Part shown: piece by piece, positions 44,301-44,347 of the stretch
Layout of the letters: each line of letters starts with the position of its first letter
Numbering within the stretch: position 1 is the stretch's first letter
IMG/VR virus record: IMGVR_UViG_2627853983_000003
DNA length: 44,347 nt
Direction: 5' to 3' (one strand)
Source: a virus
Taxonomy: Duplodnaviria; Heunggongvirae; Uroviricota; Caudoviricetes
Notes under the pieces: model-generated
What the model saw: the letters and a program-made list of their open reading frames with translations, nothing else
The model's database searches: none
Told to the model about the DNA's origin: nothing
Position numbers and translations under genes: made by a program

Positions 44301-44347
44301 CGTGAATGCGAACTCCGGGACGCTCAATAATGTCACGATTAAAGAAC
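41329..44347 (+). CDS. Host specificity / central tail fibre protein J (partial, continues beyond the window)
   Basis: Seen: [39 protein letters not shown]... is near-collinear with my recollection of lambda J over about 1000 aa; no stop before the window end. GGGGAAGG Shine-Dalgarno upstream. Confidence 0.9.
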   Translation, partial: MGKGGGKAHTPREAKDNLKSTQMMSVIDAIGEGPIEGPVKGLQSILVNKTPLTDTDGNPVIHGVTAVWRAGEQEQTPPEGFESSGAETGLGVEVTKAKPVTRTITSANIDRLRVTFGVQSLVETTSKGDRNPASVRLLIQLQRNGNWVTEKDVTINGKTTSQFLASVILDNLPPRPFNIRMVRETADSTTDQLQNKTLWSSYTEIIDVKQCYPNTAIVGLQVDAEQFGGQQMTVNYHIRGRIIQVPSNYDPEKRTYSGIWDGSLKPAYSNNPAWCLWDMLTHPRYGMGKRLGAADVDKWALYAIGQYCDQTVPDGFGGTEPRMTFNAYLAQQRKAWDVLSDFCSAMRCMPVWNGQTLTFVQDRPSDVVWPYTNSDVVVDDNGVGFRYSFSALKDRHTAVEVNYTDPQNGWQTSTELVEDPEAILRYGRNLLKMDAFGCTSRGQAHRAGLWVIKTELLETQTVDFTLGSQGLRHTPGDIIEICDNDYAGTLTGGRVLSIDAATRTLTLDREVTLPETGTSAVNLINGSGKPVSVDITAHPAPDRIQVSTLPDGVETYGVWGLSLPSLRRRLFRCVSIRENTDGTFAITAVQHVPEKEAIVDNGARFEPQSGSLNSVIPPAVQHLTVEVSAADGQYLAQAKWDTPRVVKGVRFSLRLTSGKGTDARLVTTAITADTEHRFSGLPLGEYTLTVRAINSYGQQGEPATTTFRIAAPAAPSRIELTPGYFQITATPHLAVYDPTVQFEFWFSEKRIADIRQVEASARYLGTALYWIAASINIKPGHDYYFYIRSVNTVGKSAFVEAVGQPSDDASGYLDFFKGEIGKTHLAQELWTQIDNGQLAPDLAEIRTSITDVSNEITQTVNKKLEDQSAAIQQIQKVQVDTNNNLNSMWAVKLQQMQDGRLYIAGIGAGIENTPDGMQSQVLLAADRIAMINPANGNTKPMFVGQGDQIFMNEVFLKYLTAPTITSGGNPPTFSLTPDGRLSARNADISGNVNANSGTLNNVTIKE

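Noticed and set aside
1-44347. Insertion sequences or transposases interrupting the prophage
   Set aside because: No transposase-like ORF or terminal inverted repeats were seen; the only recombinases are the prophage integrase and the decayed pin fragment.

Overview
This window is almost entirely one lambdoid prophage of the E. coli K-12 Qin/dicB type, apparently intact, running from its integrase end (about 1,700-2,025) to a host-specificity J gene that continues past the right edge. Bases 1-1,700 look like a neighbouring remnant (a decayed pin invertase and a Rha-family gene). Gene order left to right: int and xis; a large exonuclease with a C-terminal DEDDh domain; the division-inhibition operon ydfA-ydfB-ydfC-dicF-dicB-ydfD; a cI-like repressor with GTAAC-N4-GTTAC operators; a Cro/DicC-like and a YdaT-like gene; an O-like replication initiator with internal iterons and a DnaC-like loader; a moron block (QueH-like gene, hok/mok); YdfU-like, RusA and Q; a beta-class DNA methyltransferase and tRNAs; an AT-rich cargo island at the position where Stx phages carry stx (no stx here); nanS-p esterase; a pinholin/SAR-endolysin/Rz/Rz1 lysis cassette with extra inserted genes; HNH and terminase; an HK97-type head module with protease and capsid in one frame and a portal carrying 162-bp tandem repeats; and lambda-like tail genes (G/GT frameshift, tape measure, M, L, K, I, J). 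The most interesting unexplained items are a promoter-to-terminator small-RNA candidate between tail genes I and J, a convergent gene pair between holin and endolysin, four coupled mini-ORFs between endolysin and Rz, the cargo island, and the QueH-like gene. All calls come from reading the sequence and the supplied ORF translations against remembered protein families; no searches were run, and hand-derived coordinates may be off by 1-2 bp.
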